Notes: a model not told the origin generated them from the letters alone. 64,000 bases of DNA from Octopus vulgaris (GCA_951406725.2 OX597830.1:61690001-61754000); one strand, 5' to 3'. Counted from the first letter of the stretch, positions 1 through 14,640 are shown. Made by a program: numbers and translations.

Positions 1-194
1 TGAGACATAAAATCTCTTAGTTTTGTTAGAAACAGCTGTTTAATGTTCATAAAGGAAGAATTAAATATGCATTGATGTGCAATTTTTAATAGACAATGTC
101 TTTTGTTTTATCTAATAAATCAAAACACAAAATTGTGGAAGTAAATGCACATTAGCATGTAAGAATTAAGGTTAGTTATAACAAAATATGAATC

Positions 195-900
195 CAAAAT
201 CTCTCATTATGCTCCAGCAATAACCTGCCATCATGTTTAAGTCCCATCAACCTTGAAAGCGTTCTTCGAATACTTTTACATCTTGATGAAAGTGTTCACC
301 TTGATCTTCGCTAATATCACCCAGGTTCTCCGGAAACTCACCCTGTGTAAGTTATGCAATTTCATGTTCATTCAACAGCCAAGTGCTTGAGAACTCATGA
401 GCTGTTCCTCCACAATCTCTTGTTAGTTGTCAGCTTTTCTGTTCCCAAGGAAACTCCACACCACAGAGAAGGCATTCCAAGCTCTAGCCTCCGCCGCACT
501 CATTATTGTAACAACATGTGGATCCCTTAGGAGTGTTCTTATTTTGAGGTCCATCCAATATTCCTGTCTTCTATTCGTCACTGAAACTTGGAAAGGTTGT
601 ACATATATATCTGAGGCAGTCTTGACTGTGATCAAGAGCTTTGATGAATTGTTTCCTCACACCAAGTTTCAACACAGGTTTTGCAAACTTTGTGGGAAGC
701 CTAGGTTTTGTCCTGGTCTCCAAGTGTTACTTTAATGTAAGCAAGATACACCTTCTTGACAAAGTTATTTATGTTGCACCTTTGAGCCTGTGGAGTGAAG
801 TTTCCACAGACGCAACAGAAGATATCGGGGTCATTACAGCACATCATTCTTTTTTATGTTGTACCTATAACTAGATCCCAGTGGTTCAGTTCACACCTGA
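195..900 (-). mobile_element. Decayed DNA transposase C-terminus, probably Chapaev3 (CMC)-like
   Basis: Minus strand translates to ...AWNAFSVVWSFLGNRKADN and EFPENLGDISEDQGEHFHQDVKVFEERFQG*WDLNMMAGYCWSIMRD, matching the GERFHQDI..RYQGRW..MADYCW motif. Stops and frameshifts present. Superfamily name recalled, not searched. Confidence 0.7.
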
Positions 901-1039
901 AAAGAAGAGGAAGGGCTTCGAAGTAAAACTCAGTTGGAACATATTCGAAATTAGCATGACAATCCAGCCAAAGTTCTCGGAAACAGTGGTGTAAAGTTAA
1001 CTTTTGATATGCTACAGGTAAATAAGTAGTAAATAGTAA

Positions 1040-3085
1040 ATAGTAGTAGTAGTAGTAGTAGTAGTAGAAGGCATCCGTCGGTCTCGAGAGGCCCTAGATG
1101 TGCGCCCGAAGAAATCGTGTCAGCTACTGATAGTGGTGCAGCGTCTATTGTGGAATGCCCACAGGAGAGTGGTAGTCACGCATACAGCGACTGCATTTGG
1201 AGTTCTCTGCCAGTGCTACTAGTTTTTCCTTCAGTTGAGTGCGCTTTTCTTTGGTGGCGAGTGACTGTTTTTCTTCCGCTTGCTTCATCCCCTTGTGCAG
1301 TATTTGTCTTCATTTCAAACCTCCTCCTATCTCAGAACATCCAGACCAAGTGATTTCGTATCCCTCTTACAGGTGTCCTTGAAACGAAGATGAAGTTGTC
1401 CTCATCCTCTTGTGCCGGTAACCAGTTCCCCATACAGGAGGTCTTTTGGGAAGACTTCCGTCCTGCATGCGATGCACTTGACCGAGCCAGCGCAAACGAA
1501 GTTGCTGAAACAGGATGAGTAAGCCTTTGTGAGGTCGATGAAGCTGATAAAGAGTGGTTGCCTTTGCTCTCGGTATTTCTGTCGCTGCCGAAGAGAGAAG
1601 AACGTGACGATGGTAAAGCGTTCTGATCTGAAACCGTACTGAGATTCGGGGTATACTCTCTCAACGATTTTCTGTTTAGTGCCACGTGGGCAAAGACTTT
1701 CCCAACGATGCTTAACAGCGGGATGCCTCGGTGATTTTTGCAGTCGCTTTTGTCCCCTTTTGCAGTCTCTCATGTCTTCTAGGACTGATCCCTCCTCCCA
1801 GAACTGACACAGTAGCTTCAGCAAGTGGCTAAGTAGAACTCTCCTTGCACATCTAAAGATCTCTGGGGGATGCCGTCCAAACCCGGTGCTTCTCCAGCGG
1901 GCAAGCTATCAATGGCGCTGCTCAGTTTTTCAGAAGTTGGCAGATCTTCCATGACCGGTAGATGTTCCACGGTGTCTAGCACAAAGTCCGAGATGCTGTT
2001 TTCCTTCGCGTAAAGTTCGGAAAAATGTTTCACTCTTCTCTCCAGCTGCTCTCTTTCGCCTTTGATAACTTACCGTGTTCTGGATTTAAGTGGGGCTATC
2101 TTGCTCTGGGTTGGGCCGGTGGCTTTCTTGAGACCTTCATACATACCACGAATGTTGCCCGCGTCAAACGACAGTTGGATATCCACACAGTTGTAACCAG
2201 TAGTCATTTGCACACCATCTCACTGTCTTCTGCATGTTGTTCTTTGCTGATCTCAGTGCTTGCAGCGTTGCCCTGGTGGGTTGGTGATGTGCTTCAGCAG
2301 GGTAGTACGCTTCTCTTCCATGGGGGGGGGGGGGGTATTAAGTTCTTTCACATTTGCCTCAAACCAGTCATGTGTCATTTTCCTTCTCCTCCCAAAGTCC
2401 CTCGGTGCAGTGCTATGGATGATGTCCCCGAGAAAGTTCTATCTCTGCTTAACATTGCTTTCCGGTAAGGGGGGCGTCTTCCAGTATCTTGAGGAATGCA
2501 TTTGTCTTAGCAGTTGGGCTGCGGTAGCATGGATTCGCTGCTTGCCTGGGGTCTTGCTGTGTGCAGCATTTTTGGCTGGAATTTAAGATTGCAGCGAACT
2601 GGGGTGTCGCAGTCAGTGCTCTGAATATACCGAGTCATTATTCCGAGGAGGGCATTACTCATGTGGTTGACGCCAGGAGACCCTGTGTTGAGGCTTCAGC
2701 CTGGAAGTAGGTGTTGGTGACATGTAGTCCATGGAACATGCAGAGCTCAGGCAGCCGTTGCGCATTTGTATTCATGTTGCCAACCCCGTACCGACCCAGG
2801 AACCCTATCCTGTGAGGTACAATGGCCTATCCTCTCCAGGGTGCAAACCTGGGCAGTTTTTCATGGGAGATCGGCAGTTTCCCAAGCGATACATCCCTCT
2901 CCACCGCCACCAGTATTATCCAAGGGAAGAACGCTATTGGGGCCACATGAGTTGTCAGAACGAGGTTATCTGCAACATTGAACTGCTTTAGGGACTCCGG
3001 CTCCTGATTTATCCTCGGGGTTTACTCCCGAAACCTTTTCCTTAAGTGGGTATTGATGCAAGACAGCAGAGTTGCTATTATCGCT
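1040..3085 (-). mobile_element. RTE-clade LINE, decayed and internally deleted
   Basis: Endonuclease remnant (GLHVTNTYFQ ~2700-2730), APGLDGIP, RVYPESQYGFRSER, FIDLTKAY joined directly to C-terminal PKDLLYGELVTGTRG; 3' tail of (CTA)n repeats at ~1040-1066. Confidence 0.85.
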
Positions 3086-3948
3086 GCTGTCTTAAGCGAG
3101 TAAGGGCTTAACAACTAGCATAACTAGTAACGAGAGTTCATATGTCCTCTAACAGGTCTTGTATTTAATCCTGCAGGGTGACCAAACAGTAAGAAAAACA
3201 CACGCCTCACAAAGCAAACTCTGTGGGGTTACCGGTTTAGTCGCCGACGGCCTGACACCTGGTGCCTATGGAAAAAGAAAAAAAGAGAAGGACAAAAAAG
3301 GTGGGATCCACGGGACAGAGGTGCAGAGAGGAAAAACAACGGACTTTAACAGTAGTTTTAGTTGTAGAAGCTGAGGGGCTTAAATAAACCGAAGGCCTGC
3401 TTTGTAGCTAATACTGCATATTACTAGAGTCGTTATTTTATTTTATTTGGGGCTGTTGCCTAAGGACAAAACTTTGCGACAAACGGCTATTCACAAGAGC
3501 TGTTTGGTTTATCTGGTGGTGGTTGGGTGGGAGGGTTACAGGAAGAAGAGGAGCAAGCTGGAAGTTATAGGTATCTAGGTAATGAATTAGAAAAGAAAAA
3601 AAAAAGAAAACAGCATGCTTTCTTCAAAAGAAAGTCACGCAAGCTAGCAAGAACCAGCTTTAGTTGTATATGCATATAATAATACATTATTATGTTAGAA
3701 ACAGAATCAATCTAGCGGAGAGAACCAAAGACCGAGCTTAAAGTCTGTCAGAGGCAAGGTTAGAAATAGGGAGAAGAGAAAGCGAAGGAGAGGGACATAG
3801 AGCTATCTTTGAGCAGGCTGGAACTTATTGGGATCTAGGCAGTGAATCTGAGAAGGAAAAAAAAAAGAAAGCAGTATATTTTCTTCGAAAGAAAGTCTCT
3901 CCAAGCTAGCAAGAAGCAGCTTTAGTCGTAAATGCATATAATTATGCA

Positions 3949-4956
3949 CTAGCGGGACCCACGAATATTTCACGGAATTAACGGTACACGAATTGGGTTG
4001 TTTCTGAAAACTTTTTCCGAAAACCTGGAAGTGTAGCCTGTATTGTGTCTGTGTGGAAAGATAGTCACTCATTTGTCACTCATTGAAAAGTGAAAGAAAT
4101 TGGAATATGATGATTACTTAATGCATTTATATATATACATTTTATATATTTTGTGCACGATTTTATAGACTTAATACACAGCACTCATAAAAAATTCACT
4201 CTAATTTTTCCATTTTTCCCATAAACAACAAAAATATCCCGTACAAACTGATACAACCTTTAGTCAAATTGCATATATCTGCCATGTAAATAAGCGTGAA
4301 TATTTCACAGAATTGCACTTATGCGCATGCGTTAAGTGGCAGGTGATATAAAAAAAATTAGTTCAGTTTATATAATTTCTCTCTCCCCCACTCTCTCTCT
4401 CACTTTTTTCTCACCTTTCTCTTTCTCCCCTCTCTCCCTCCTCTCCTTCTCCCACTGTCTCTCCCTCTCTCTTCCTTCTTTCTCGGACTTTCTATAACCT
4501 TATCACCAGAACATCACCCCTCTGCTAACTTTCATAACCACGTAATAAATAATCTTTTCTACTCTAGGCATAAGGCCCGAAATTTGGTGGGAGGGGCCAG
4601 TCGATTAGATCGACCCCAATACGCAACTGGTACTTAATTTATCGACCCCGAAAGGAGGAAAAGCAAAGTCGACCTCGGCAGAATTCGAACTCAGAACGTA
4701 AAGACAGGCAAAATACTGCTAAGAATTTCCTCTGGCGTGCTAACGTTTCTGCCAGCTCATCGGCTTCCACGTAAGAAACATTACGTTCCCCCTACCTCAC
4801 ATCCATGAACGCTTCTCTCTCCCTCTTTTTCGTTTTCCCTCTTTTTGTCTCACTCTTCACCTTGTCCTCTTTTTCTCACTCCTTTTTCTTACTCCTTTCT
4901 GTCCCTTCAACTAATCACATGGAAGTAACGTAATGACAAACAGAATTATTATAAGA
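3949..4956 (-). mobile_element. Non-autonomous Helitron, complete ends
   Basis: Minus strand starts 5'-TC (4956) and ends in a hairpin (CCGTGAA-ATAT-TCGTGG) then CTAG (3952-3949). Inserted between A and T, no TSD. Empty site visible in the duplicate (ATAATACA|TTATTATG). Confidence 0.85.
4550..4766 (-). mobile_element. tRNA-derived SINE family B (Meta-domain-like), nested in the Helitron
   Basis: Reverse complement of the CTGGCAGAAACGTTAGC...GAGTTCGAATTC...CCTTTCGGGGTCGATAAATTAAGTACCAG family; TSD CCACGTAA(T/G)AAA at 4538-4549 and 4767-4778. Confidence 0.88.
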
Positions 4957-5022
4957 TTATTATGTCTGAATCTAGCGGAGAGAAAAGAGATTAAGCTTTC
5001 TGTTGAAAGTTTAAAGATTATG

Positions 5023-5066
<44 letters not shown>

Positions 5067-6321
5067 GTGCGTGTACGTGCGTGCATGCATGTGTGTGTGC
5101 GTTCAAATTGTATATACACATCTATATAAATACGAACACAAACGCAAACATAGATTTAGCAAGAAATATACGTATATATTTACACAGAGGCATACCCCTT
5201 TACACTTCAAGATACGTAAGTTTGTTAATAGATAAAGCGTCCAACGTTTCGAAACACTTAAGAAGAAACCACTGACAATTTTTCTCAACCACTGACAATT
5301 TATGTTATCCACATTGAAGACGTATAAGCTGTTGGAAGCTAACTCAAATACGAACTCTAGTTTATCCGCAGGCGGCCATCTTTTCAGGCGAGATCATAAA
5401 TATGAAAATCATAGTTAGAGTCGGCTATAAAAAATGACAACATAAATTCCAAGCCATTCTGTCACATTAACGAATAAAATAGCAACATTTAATGGCTGGT
5501 TACCTCTTGCGTGTCGAATGGGAAACCAAAATAAAATTCGTGTGTTTTTAGTTCTTTTTTGTTTATTTACCACACCCTATGTTGTTTCTTTCGACATACC
5601 GCAAATGAAAAGTCCACACACCCATCCTTTCGACCATTTTCTACCCCTTCTTCTTTCCCTTCATGTAGTGAACGTACTGACGCAGACAACTGACTTTTGC
5701 ACTTGGAAGTTAACTGGTGTAACCAGAAAATATATCCACCCCATCAACAAACAATTCGGTTGCATTTATCATCGGGTAATATGAGACAGAATTTTATTGT
5801 GCTCCTAGTTCAAATGGGAAGTAACGGTGACATGGTGATGATAGATATAAAATATATTTTTAAACCCATACCTTTTAAAAAGACAATCAGAATAGATAGG
5901 CATTGACTGAAATTATAAGTCATTGAGAATTACTGGGTATCTGTGAGAGTACACTTAAATATTGGTTTTAAAATGTCAATTGGGAGACGCATCAAAATCT
6001 TTTCAAAACCAATGAAGCATAAATGTGAAAGTAAATATATAAATAACATATAAATATTATAAACGGGATGAAAATTCATGCAGATTTCGATTTGGTTGTT
6101 GTCAACTTTTATCTTTCATACAGCCTTCATCAAACAAACCTAGCCGTGACCATCCCAAACGTAATTTTACAACTTCTGCCAGCACATGAAATGTGTGTGT
6201 GTGTGTGAAAAGTAAGGTCGTTTGCAGCCCTGCGGTAGATGTTCTATCGCTTATAGATGCTCTACAACAACGGATCCTCAAGGACACTTTATTGTATCAA
6301 GTTACAGATAACTCTGTCTAC

Positions 6322-7740
<1,419 letters not shown>

Positions 7741-8429
7741 ACTTGGTAATGGATGCGTGACGTCCAATCATATAATAATATAAATAATATATGTATTTGC
7801 ATATATACATACATATATGTACATACTTACATATGAATATATGGGTATAGGACGTTACAAAACGTAAACAACATGAAATACGAAAACATGGAATTCGAAA
7901 TTTTTTGCGAACAATGAAAGAAGCAAATGGAAAACAAGGCAAATAACATAAAGAACGACCCTTCACCAGTTGTCGGCTGTTTATCTACTCCACATTTTGA
8001 GCAATTACAAGATGTATCTTAGAGAAAATGGTTGCTGCTGCAAAGCAAAGTAAAATTTGGGATCTACGGAGCATCAAAGCTGGTAATAAAATCAAGACAG
8101 TGAAAACAAACAGTAAGGGCTGCTAAGCCATAATGGGGTGAGGAGGCGAACGCTGGAGGAACAAGCTTTGACAGGAGAAAGACAGGAGAGGAGACAGACA
8201 AGAATGCGTATGATCTGTGTGGCAGATCAAAAAGAAAGAAAGAAGCTAAAGTTAGGAAAAGAAAGATGGCCGATTGTTATGTGTGATCAACGGAAAAGTG
8301 AAGGAGGAAGAGTAAGAAAGAGAGAGGGACAGATAGAGAACGGTGAAGGGGAGAGGAAAAGAATTAGAGAAAGGATGAGAGAGAAACAACGAAAGGGTGA
8401 GAAAGGGACATAAAAAGAATTAGAGAAAG

Positions 8430-8556
8430 GTATTTATTTTATTGATCCCGAAAGGACCAAAGACAAAGTTAGCCTCGGCGAAATTTGAACACAAAATGTA
8501 AAGATACCACTAAACATTTTGCCTGCCTTGCAAATGACTCTGTCAGTTAGCCGCCT
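8430..8556 (-). mobile_element. SINE family B, diverged fragment
   Basis: GATCCCGAAAGGA...CCTCGGCGAAATTTGAAC...CCGCCTT resembles the reverse complement of the family B head and core. Confidence 0.7.
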
Positions 8557-8564
8557 TATAAAAG

Positions 8565-8610
8565 GACCTCTGGGTTATGGGCCCAGTATGCTTCCACTGC
8601 ACCACTCTGC
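8565..8610 (-). pseudogene. Initiator tRNA-Met (CAT) 5' fragment
   Basis: Reverse complement GCAGAGTGGTGCAGTGGAAGCATACTGGGCCCATAACCCAGAGGTC versus canonical metazoan tRNAi-Met GCAGAGTGGCGCAGCGGAAGCGTGCTGGGCCCATAACCCAGAGGTC: 4 mismatches in 46 nt. T-arm and 3' acceptor strand absent. Confidence 0.85.
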
Positions 8611-8644
8611 CCACCACCACATCGTATTATTAAGACTGATTTTA

Positions 8645-8850
8645 AGGCAATGTGCTGGTAAAATCCTTATTAGAACGGGCAAAATGAGTTGCAGCATACG
8701 TTCCGCCTTTACATTCTCCCCAAGTTAACTTTGCTTTTCATGCATTTTGGAGTCGATAAAATAAGCGCCAGTTCAGCACTGGGATCGATATCATAGCCTA
8801 CACGCCCTCTCCTAAAATTTTAGGCGTTGTGCTTATAGTAGAAAGGATTA
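8645..8850 (+). mobile_element. SINE family B, diverged copy
   Basis: ACTTTGCTTTTCATGCATTTTGGAGTCGATAAAATAAGCGCCAG core and TAGTAGAAAGGATTA tail. Confidence 0.65.
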
Positions 8851-9226
8851 ATAAGTTGAATTTTTACAAGTGATATTTTGTTTTTAGAACAGTTTATTCA
8901 TATGTTCGAGTAAATTCTGCAATATTAGTTCAACGCTATCTCCATATTCACGAAAGTTATGCAATCAATATATTTCAAATCTGCCAACAATATGTAAATT
9001 ATAAGTGCTAAATGTATTTAATTTAAGGAATCTTTATTTTCGAAAACTCAAAATGATTAGTAGAATCCGCTAGGCGCAAACGTAAATTTAAAAGAATTTT
9101 AGAATTTGCAAGATGATCATATTAAAAGAACTTACACATGCACACACACTTGCATACATACATATGTATGTGTGTGTGTGTCCATCTTTATGGATGTGTG
9201 TGTATGCATTTATATATGCATATATA

Positions 9227-9422
9227 CGAGGGGGTGCTGAAAGTTCCTGGCTTTAAGAGTATGGTGAAAGGTTTGGTTGGAGGCCTAACCTTCCGAGTTT
9301 TTCACAGGGCTGAAGGACTGCTGCAATAAGTGTGTGAATCTGAGAGGCGAATGTATTGAATAAAATCATAGTTAACTGATCCTCTTGTAATTTCTTTTGC
9401 CCAAAGCCAGCAACTTTTCAGT
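9227..9422 (+). mobile_element. Mariner-derived MITE
   Basis: TA-CGAGGGGGTGCTGAAAGTTCCTGGCTTT ... AAAGCCAGCAACTTTTCAG inverted ends; internal remnant of a mariner C-terminus (CNKCVNLRGECIE*). Second copy at 44827-45042. Confidence 0.8.
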
Positions 9423-9799
9423 ATGTACATACATATGCATATATACACATATATACATATACGCACAAACCCTAACCCTAACCCGAACACCTGTTTAGGC
9501 AAGTCGCCTAAATTTAATTCATTTAATTCATTTTGGAATCCAAAACAAGGCAAATTAACATCCATGAACTTTTTATAAACAAAGAAAAGCGAAAACAAAA
9601 TGTTATACCATAATTTTCGACTTTTCACCCAAGAGACACCAAATTCTTTGTGAATATTTATCTAAATCTAACAATGCTAATACGAGACAAAAAATGTAAG
9701 ACGATTTGGATAAACATCCAAGTATAAGAAGCAGGATAAAGTAATGACAGTGATGAACGCTAAGCTACAAACAAAAACTACAGAATCTAAATTCATGAA

Positions 9800-10460
9800 A
9801 TGAAACCGACCAAACTCCATCAGGCCCGACAGAACAATCTTTGGCACGCCTTCATCACACATTCTAAAATTGTTGTGGTGAGCTCTTCAGCGTAAGGATC
9901 AAGCTCCAAAAGTTCGATAAATCCTAATGCCTACACATGCACAACTTTTCATGGCTCTAAGAATTCTTTCACAGCAACTATCAAGTTAAAAACAACATTT
10001 CTCTACTGAAAGACTTCGACCGTCCTAAAACTTTGGATCCGATACACAAGGAAGTATTTTGTCAATTGTCCATCTTCTAACATCTTCATGAATCTTGGCT
10101 GAAGTTAGTGCTCACGAAAAAATTTCAAAACAAAAAAAAAAACACGTAGGCTCTTCAAAAGGGAAATTTTCTAACAAGGATTTTGAAGGAGGCTAGTGAT
10201 CTCTACACAAGAGATCTCTATCGCTACATCACAGAAATATGGAACCAAGATCGTATTCCTCAAAATCGGAAAGATGTTAACATCATCGCTATCCTCACTA
10301 CTTGCTCCAACAGTAGGAGTACAGCACGCCTGTAACTTGGCGAGAAGTTCCTGGTAAGGTTATGCTTGAAAGACTGGTGTAATATCTGAGTAATATTAGA
10401 GGCAAACATGTTCCCAATGTGATGGTCTTTTAAGATGACTGAAAGTCGATTCCTCAATCA
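9800..10460 (+). mobile_element. Highly decayed RTE-like LINE fragment
   Basis: Fragmentary peptides HMHNF and ITEIWNQDRIPQNRKDVNIIAIL, resembling the RTE pre-RT region. Confidence 0.5.
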
Positions 10461-11799
10461 GGTAATTTATTGTCAAATTTAAATTTTATATCACCAAGTG
10501 GAGAGGGCTTGGCTACATTTAAGGATATAACTGAAGAAAAGCAACTGAATGGGAAGGTGTCAGAGTTAGGGTTGTAATATTCTTGAAGCAATGCTAGGAA
10601 ATGTAGAAATGCTAGGAATAAATTTTTAATGTGGATGGTTTTGCTATTATTAATTTTGTGTGTGCATAAATTAACGTGGTGATACTTATTTCTAACTCAA
10701 ACGTCTATAATTGAGGATGCCATTGATCAAAAGCATTCAAATTGTGATTGTCCGTCTCTTGATAAGATATATAGGACTATATTATCCAATATGTTATTTA
10801 TTATTATCGAAGACAGTAGCACAAGGTTTATGGGAGACTTCTTTACTGTTTGTAGCATGTGAAATGACTGAATGATGTCTCCCTCATTGGCTCATCCATG
10901 CGATGAGATATCTCGAGACAGACAAAGTAGAATAACAAAAAGTAATCAGATGTTAGTTGCAGTAACAACTGATAAAACTAAGGCATGATACAATCTCTTT
11001 AGAGATCAAGTACTGTGATTTGAAAATGTTTGGTAAAGAAGTACGTTCTCGAATTAAGAAGTAGCCCTCAACGATTGTGGTTTTTAGCATAAAACATTGA
11101 AAAATCGGAGTGTGAAATTATAGAAAAGCGGAAGATAAAAATGACAAACAAAAAGGCAATAGCAGTGAAACCAAAGACAGGAATATATGAAAATCATTAA
11201 GGTGTGTGTGTGTGTGTGTGTGTGTGTGTAGCAAAGCAGGAAAAGATAGAAATAAATAGCTGAAAACGAGAATGGAGACAAGAGAAAGATTATATTGGTG
11301 AACTACTCGATGAATAAAAGAATGAATTGGATTGAGTATTGACAGAAACTTAAGCTTTGTTGCGTGTTAATAGCTCTAAAATTCACTTCGTGTGGTAATA
11401 TATGCAACGAACTGTCGCATTCGACAGGCTTCTCGTGTAACTCAAGCCACTCCAACGCCGCCGTATATCCGTTTATTGTCGATGATCCAAATACACAAGA
11501 GTGTTACAACTCTGATCTTTGATATACCTACTTTTTTGTTGGTCCGATTAATATGTTACCAAATAGGTAAATCTATCTACTTGCATCTACTAGTTAACTT
11601 ATCAACTTTCACGTAAAAGAGATAGCTTCAAAATGATATGCTAAAATAAGTGATATATAATCAATAATGCTTTCTTGTTTGCCTATGTATACTTGTCATT
11701 TAATCTTTTTTTTTTTATTGTGAATTTGGAAAGTTATTTTTCATTAGTCTTGTTTTTATTGCGTGCTTTCACTGCACAACTGAGAATAACTCTGTGTGC

Positions 11800-12694
11800 T
11801 TTATTGAGTACGTGTAATGTCTTGTTTGGGCTCTGCATTCATATTGCAATCTACGTAATGTTTGCAGTGTCCAGTAATGTTATTCTCTGTATATCTTGGC
11901 GTATTGGTTATGTATTTATCTACATGCTTTTAATCATTCCCAAGGCGCCTGCTATTTTAAGAATCGTTTTTCTTTTCATTCTTCCTTCATTCTAGTTACT
12001 TCAGTTTCCAGATCTCTGTTTCTTTTAGAGATACATTATCTCTTGGGGTTCATACTTCGATTAGAAGGCTCTTTTAGTCCTAGTGAAGCTTGACTACAAT
12101 ATTCGGCATATTACCTCAGGCAGTCTTGTCTGTGTAGATTGGGTATATCATGATATACTTATTTTTCTAATGTATATTTATATACAACCTGTTTGCTGTT
12201 GATATTTCACAATACTGATTTCCAAAGCCTTCATGCTTTTCGGAGTATTCTTACATGCCTGAAGCCGGGCTGGTTGTGTGGTAAGAACTTTGCTTTCCAA
12301 CCACATGGTTCTGGGTTCAGTCCCACTGCGTGGAATTTTTGGTAATTATCTTTTACTATAGCTTCGGGCCGACCAAAGCCTTGCGAGTGGATTTGGTAGA
12401 CGGAAACTGAAAGAAGCCCGTTGTATATATATATATAAATATATGTGTGTGCATGTGCGTGTGTGTATGTGTTTGTCCCCCACCGCCACTTGACAACCGG
12501 ATTTGGTCCGTTTACGTCCCCGTAACTCAACGGTTTGGCAAAATAAGACCTAAAGAATAGGTACCAGGCTCTTAAAAAATTAAAGAAATCCTGGAGTCGA
12601 TTCATTCAACTAAAAATTCAAGACGGTGCCCCAGCATAGCTGCAGTCTGACTGAAACAAGTAAAAGAGATACAAGATACATGTATGTGTGTGTA

Positions 12695-12756
<62 letters not shown>

Positions 12757-12781
12757 CGTGCATGTGTGTGTGTGTGTGTGT

Positions 12782-12836
<55 letters not shown>

Positions 12837-13400
12837 GAATTTCGAATGATGGAAATGCTTTGATCTGAAATCACAATCAAGAATCCTTTAGTGTGATCTT
12901 GGAGTTTCTCAGAAACGATATTTTTATTTGTCTTTTAGTACCCTATTCAATTTTCTTTCCAGTGTTCTTTGTCTTAGATTCTAGATTTTAATTATTGTTT
13001 GTTATTTCTCTTCCCAACTCCTTATCACTTGAGTCTACATTTTTGCCTTGAAGATACAAAGTAGGTTTTGTTTCGTTTATCGTATGTAATTATTTTGTAT
13101 AATTTCCTGTTTTCATTACTAAATACTTTTGCAGATCTATGGTGAAAATGGCATTATGGTTTTTTGTCGTCAGTATAATCATCCTTTGTATACTAATCCA
13201 TTGTATATTCATCTTTTGTGAAATTTTAGATGGAATATTCTAAATCAGACTATATCTTTGCTTGCTTATTTTTTCTTGACTAACCTTGCTCATTCATTTA
13301 GCATTTACTTGAGAATATTATGTTGATAACTTTTAACGATGACACAGAGTTTTGAAGCTAATTACCTTGTTTTTCATTTACGTATACATTTTTATGTTAA
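11800..13400 (-). mobile_element. Decayed R4/Dong-like non-LTR C-terminal fragment, interrupted by a SINE
   Basis: Minus strand IAGALGMIKS...IQRITLLDTANI near 11860-11955, similar to the RLE C-terminus of the elements at 30.5 kb and 60.5 kb. Upstream extent uncertain. Confidence 0.55.
12262..12668 (+). mobile_element. tRNA-derived SINE family A
   Basis: GTGTGGTAAG...GGTTCAGTCCCACTGCG...GGATTTGGTAGACGGAAACTGAAAGAAGCCCG, internal (TA)/(TG), tail GACTGAAACAAGTAAAAGAG. Confidence 0.88.
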
Positions 13401-13449
13401 CGTGACCATAACATTCCTTTGTTGAGCTTTTGACGTTAAAAGAAACAAA

Positions 13450-14640
13450 TTTGGTATGATCCTACTGAAGGTTCCTCTTAAGGTTCCCGTTTATGGAACC
13501 AGTCTCCAGGTTGTATGAGGATGATGCAAGGTCGGAGACAGTCAGGGAAGAATGAACAATAGTGTCGTATGGATGAAAGTGAAGACAAGTAGGTCATTAA
13601 TGTACAAAGGGAAGAGAATGAGGAGACAAAATTGAAACCTCGGGACCAATAATGTTGACTGAAAATAGAGGAAAAGGGCTCTGACAACATATGTCACGGT
13701 GGTGCAATTAAATAGGAAGCTACCGATCGTAAACGGCAAGTTTTGAATGATTTACCTGTCAGACTTGGTCGTAGGATTTGCTGATGTCCAAAGCAACAAC
13801 GTTGTTATCAACGAATTTCTCTAAAGCAAGAGCCCGAAGTAGGTTGCATTGGGTTCTGCGGAAGCTGTACTAGCGGTCACTGAGGGAGAAGAGAGAGAGA
13901 GATGTTGGAGAATGCCATTGTTAATGGCTATCCCAAACACCATATAGATGTTAGACATCCAGCCAACTATCGTCGAAGGGAACTGCCTTTTTTGGAACAG
14001 GACACACTACATCGTACTTCCAAATGTCAGAATAAACTGCCAGAGAGTAAGAGATTACAGAGTTCGTTGTTTATTGAAGCAAGTTCTGTGGCACTCCGTT
14101 TGAGAGCAATAGATGGAATATTGTCTGGGTTGGTGACCTTGTTTGCTTTAAGCAATTGGAGGTATTTCTGCACTTGATGGTTGTGCATGAGGGCTGGGGG
14201 GAGCCTACTGGAATGAAATGTGTTTTGGTGGTTCTCTGCTGGTCTCAGCTGCTATAGTCGTGCATGGCTCATCATTGAAGTGGTAGTGTGCTCCCAGGAA
14301 AATTCCATTTATTTTGATCCCTTCGTAAAACGGATGCTAAGATATACTTTAGATACCTTGGTAAGTTTTTGCTCTCAATTCAGGTCGTGCGTAAATATAA
14401 AAAGATCGAGTTTATGAGTATGCTCTAGATGAATATTGTTAGATTGAGGTAAATATTGTGTAAATATTTTACAAATACTCTTAGAGTATTTGTCCCAATC
14501 TATTCATGTGAAGCGGTGGAGAATGATATATGTACAGTGTTGTTAGTAAATTGTGGTATGAGGATGTTTTGTTGTGATATGACTGGTACTAGGCGATGAA
14601 TGAATGATATCTGAAGGGGTGGGTGAATGGCGATGCTATT
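13450..14640 (-). mobile_element. Decayed CR1/jockey-group LINE RT fragment
   Basis: Minus strand LSDR*YSFR, VVALDISKSYDQV, LFPLYINDL (RT motifs); many stops. Confidence 0.65.

Larger units (their letters stand above)
3550..5000 (+). repeat. Diverged tandem duplication; second unit split by a Helitron
   Basis: 3550-3740 (GAGCAAGCTGGAAG...AAGCTAGCAAGAA...ATCTAGCGGAGAGAA) recurs at 3811-3948 and resumes at 4957-5000. Confidence 0.8.

Noticed and set aside
2990-3075. HDV-like ribozyme in the RTE 5' region
   Set aside because: Could not build the nested double pseudoknot by eye; needs a motif search.
5360-5385. YY1-like motif GCGGCCATCTT as a promoter
   Set aside because: Single short motif with no supporting gene structure.
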